From Chiloscyllium plagiosum (taxonomy: Eukaryota), in assembly GCF_004010195.1 (NCBI RefSeq), contig NC_057756.1:5515216-5549074 (forward strand): a stretch of DNA of 33,859 nucleotides, given 5' to 3'. Position 1 is the stretch's first letter. Each line of letters opens with the position of its first letter. The translations under genes were made by a program, and so were the position numbers. This document shows, piece after piece, positions 32,680-33,859 of the stretch. A model generated the notes under the pieces. That model saw only the letters and a list, made by a program, of their open reading frames with translations. It was not told the origin of the DNA and made no database searches.

Positions 32680-33256
32680 GAACCCTCTGGGTGAGTAGCT
32701 GGGATTGGGAGAGATCTTCCTGGTGTTTTGGAAATAAAATGCTTTCCTGAAGTAACACGTCTAATGAATGATCCCATGAATCTTCCAACTTTGACCATGG
32801 TGGGGTCCTGTTGTGCACACAGGAGAGATTGCCCAGTTCCTACAGTGGCCTCCGTTTTGCACTGGGTGAGTGCAGTGTTTTGTATCCCCCTGAGTTGGTA
32901 GTGGTTTGTACTTGAACCCAGGTTTTGTTGGAGATTGGTTGACTCCAGGATTTCCCTGCTCCATGTGCTGTCGCCGATTCTGGGACCTGCAGCGGCTGCC
33001 GGCTCCCAATGGATCAAGAAATGGCGAGAGATTTGGCGGGAAATCCTGAGATTTCGGCGGGAAATTAAGGATATAGGGGAGCAGTTCGAGAATTTGGTGT
33101 GAAATCCTGAGATTTTGCTGAAATATCGAGGGATATTGGCGGGAAATCCGGAGATATACCCATGTTACTGGTACTGGCGGGAAATCCTCAGACTTTGGCT
33201 GGATTCAAAGATCCTGACGGAGAGGTTCGAGGACACTGGCAGGAAGCCGAGGGACA

Positions 33257-33859
33257 TTGGCAGGAATGGTGTGGCCATGGGTGGGAATGGTGTGGCCATG
33301 GGCGGGAAAGGTGTGGCCATGGGCGGGAATGGTGTGGCCATGGTTGGGAATGGTGTGGCCATGGGTGGGAATGGTGTGAGGGCGGGAATGGTGTGGCCAT
33401 GGGTGGGAATGGTGTGGCCATTGGCGGGAAAGGTGTGGTCATGGGCGGGAATGGTGTGGCCATGGGTGGGAATGGTGTGGCCAAGGGTGGGAATGGTGTG
33501 GCCATTGGCGGGAAAGGTGTGAGGGCGGGAATGGTGTGGCCATGGGCGGGAATGGTGTGAGGGCGGGAATGGTGTGGCCATGGGTGGGAATGGTGTGGCC
33601 ATTGGCAGGAATGGTGTGGCCATGGGCGGGAATGGTGTGAGGGCGGGAATGGTGTGGCCATGGGTGGGAATGGTGTGGCCATTGGTGGGAAAGGTGTGGC
33701 CATGGGCGGGAATGGTGTGGCCATGGGTGGGAATGGTGTGGCCATTGGCGGGAATGGTGTGTGGGCGGGAAAGGTGTGGCCATGGGCGGGAATGGCGTGA
33801 GGGCGGGAATGGTGTGTGGGCGGGAATGGTGTGGCCATGGGCGGGAATGGTGTGAGGGC
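33257..33859. repeat. 21-bp G-rich minisatellite running off the window end
   Basis: Unit GGCGGGAATGGTGTGGCCATG with shorter 17-bp variants (GGCGGGAATGGTGTGAG). Confidence 0.95.

Noticed and set aside
33115..33855. Repetitive ORFs (MGGNGVA / MATPFPP repeats)
   Set aside because: Translations of a 21-bp minisatellite; 17-bp variants shift the frame and all frames are open

Overview
Vertebrate nuclear DNA, almost certainly a cartilaginous fish (shark), judged from HE1/V-SINE-type SINEs with CR1 tails and abundant CR1 LINEs. The window is almost entirely repeats and has no recognisable intact protein-coding gene; nearly all ORFs in the track are transposon fragments, gap artefacts or tandem-repeat translations. 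Main contents: (1) three decayed copies of a Gmr1-like Gypsy LTR retrotransposon, with SCAN-like gag, a tRNA-Pro PBS and PR-INT-RT-RH order in the full-length copy. One copy is nested 20 bp inside the 5' LTR of another, which itself splits a CR1. (2) A second, conventional RT-RH-INT Gypsy on the minus strand, plus an older Gmr1-like relic. (3) Many CR1 fragments and tRNA-derived SINEs. (4) At least three families of short Penelope-like elements, several carrying minimal type I hammerhead ribozyme motifs (CUGANGA-N-stem II-GAAA-palindrome-UH). This is the most interesting signal. (5) A ~3.1 kb degenerate 48-bp tandem array, a 32-bp minisatellite and a 21-bp G-rich minisatellite with GGCGGGAAA (E2F-type) motifs. 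(6) Weak splice-signal evidence for small minus-strand exons of a host gene. Two 500-N gaps (6123-6622, 25911-26410) make adjacency across them uncertain. Family assignments are from recalled motifs, not database searches.
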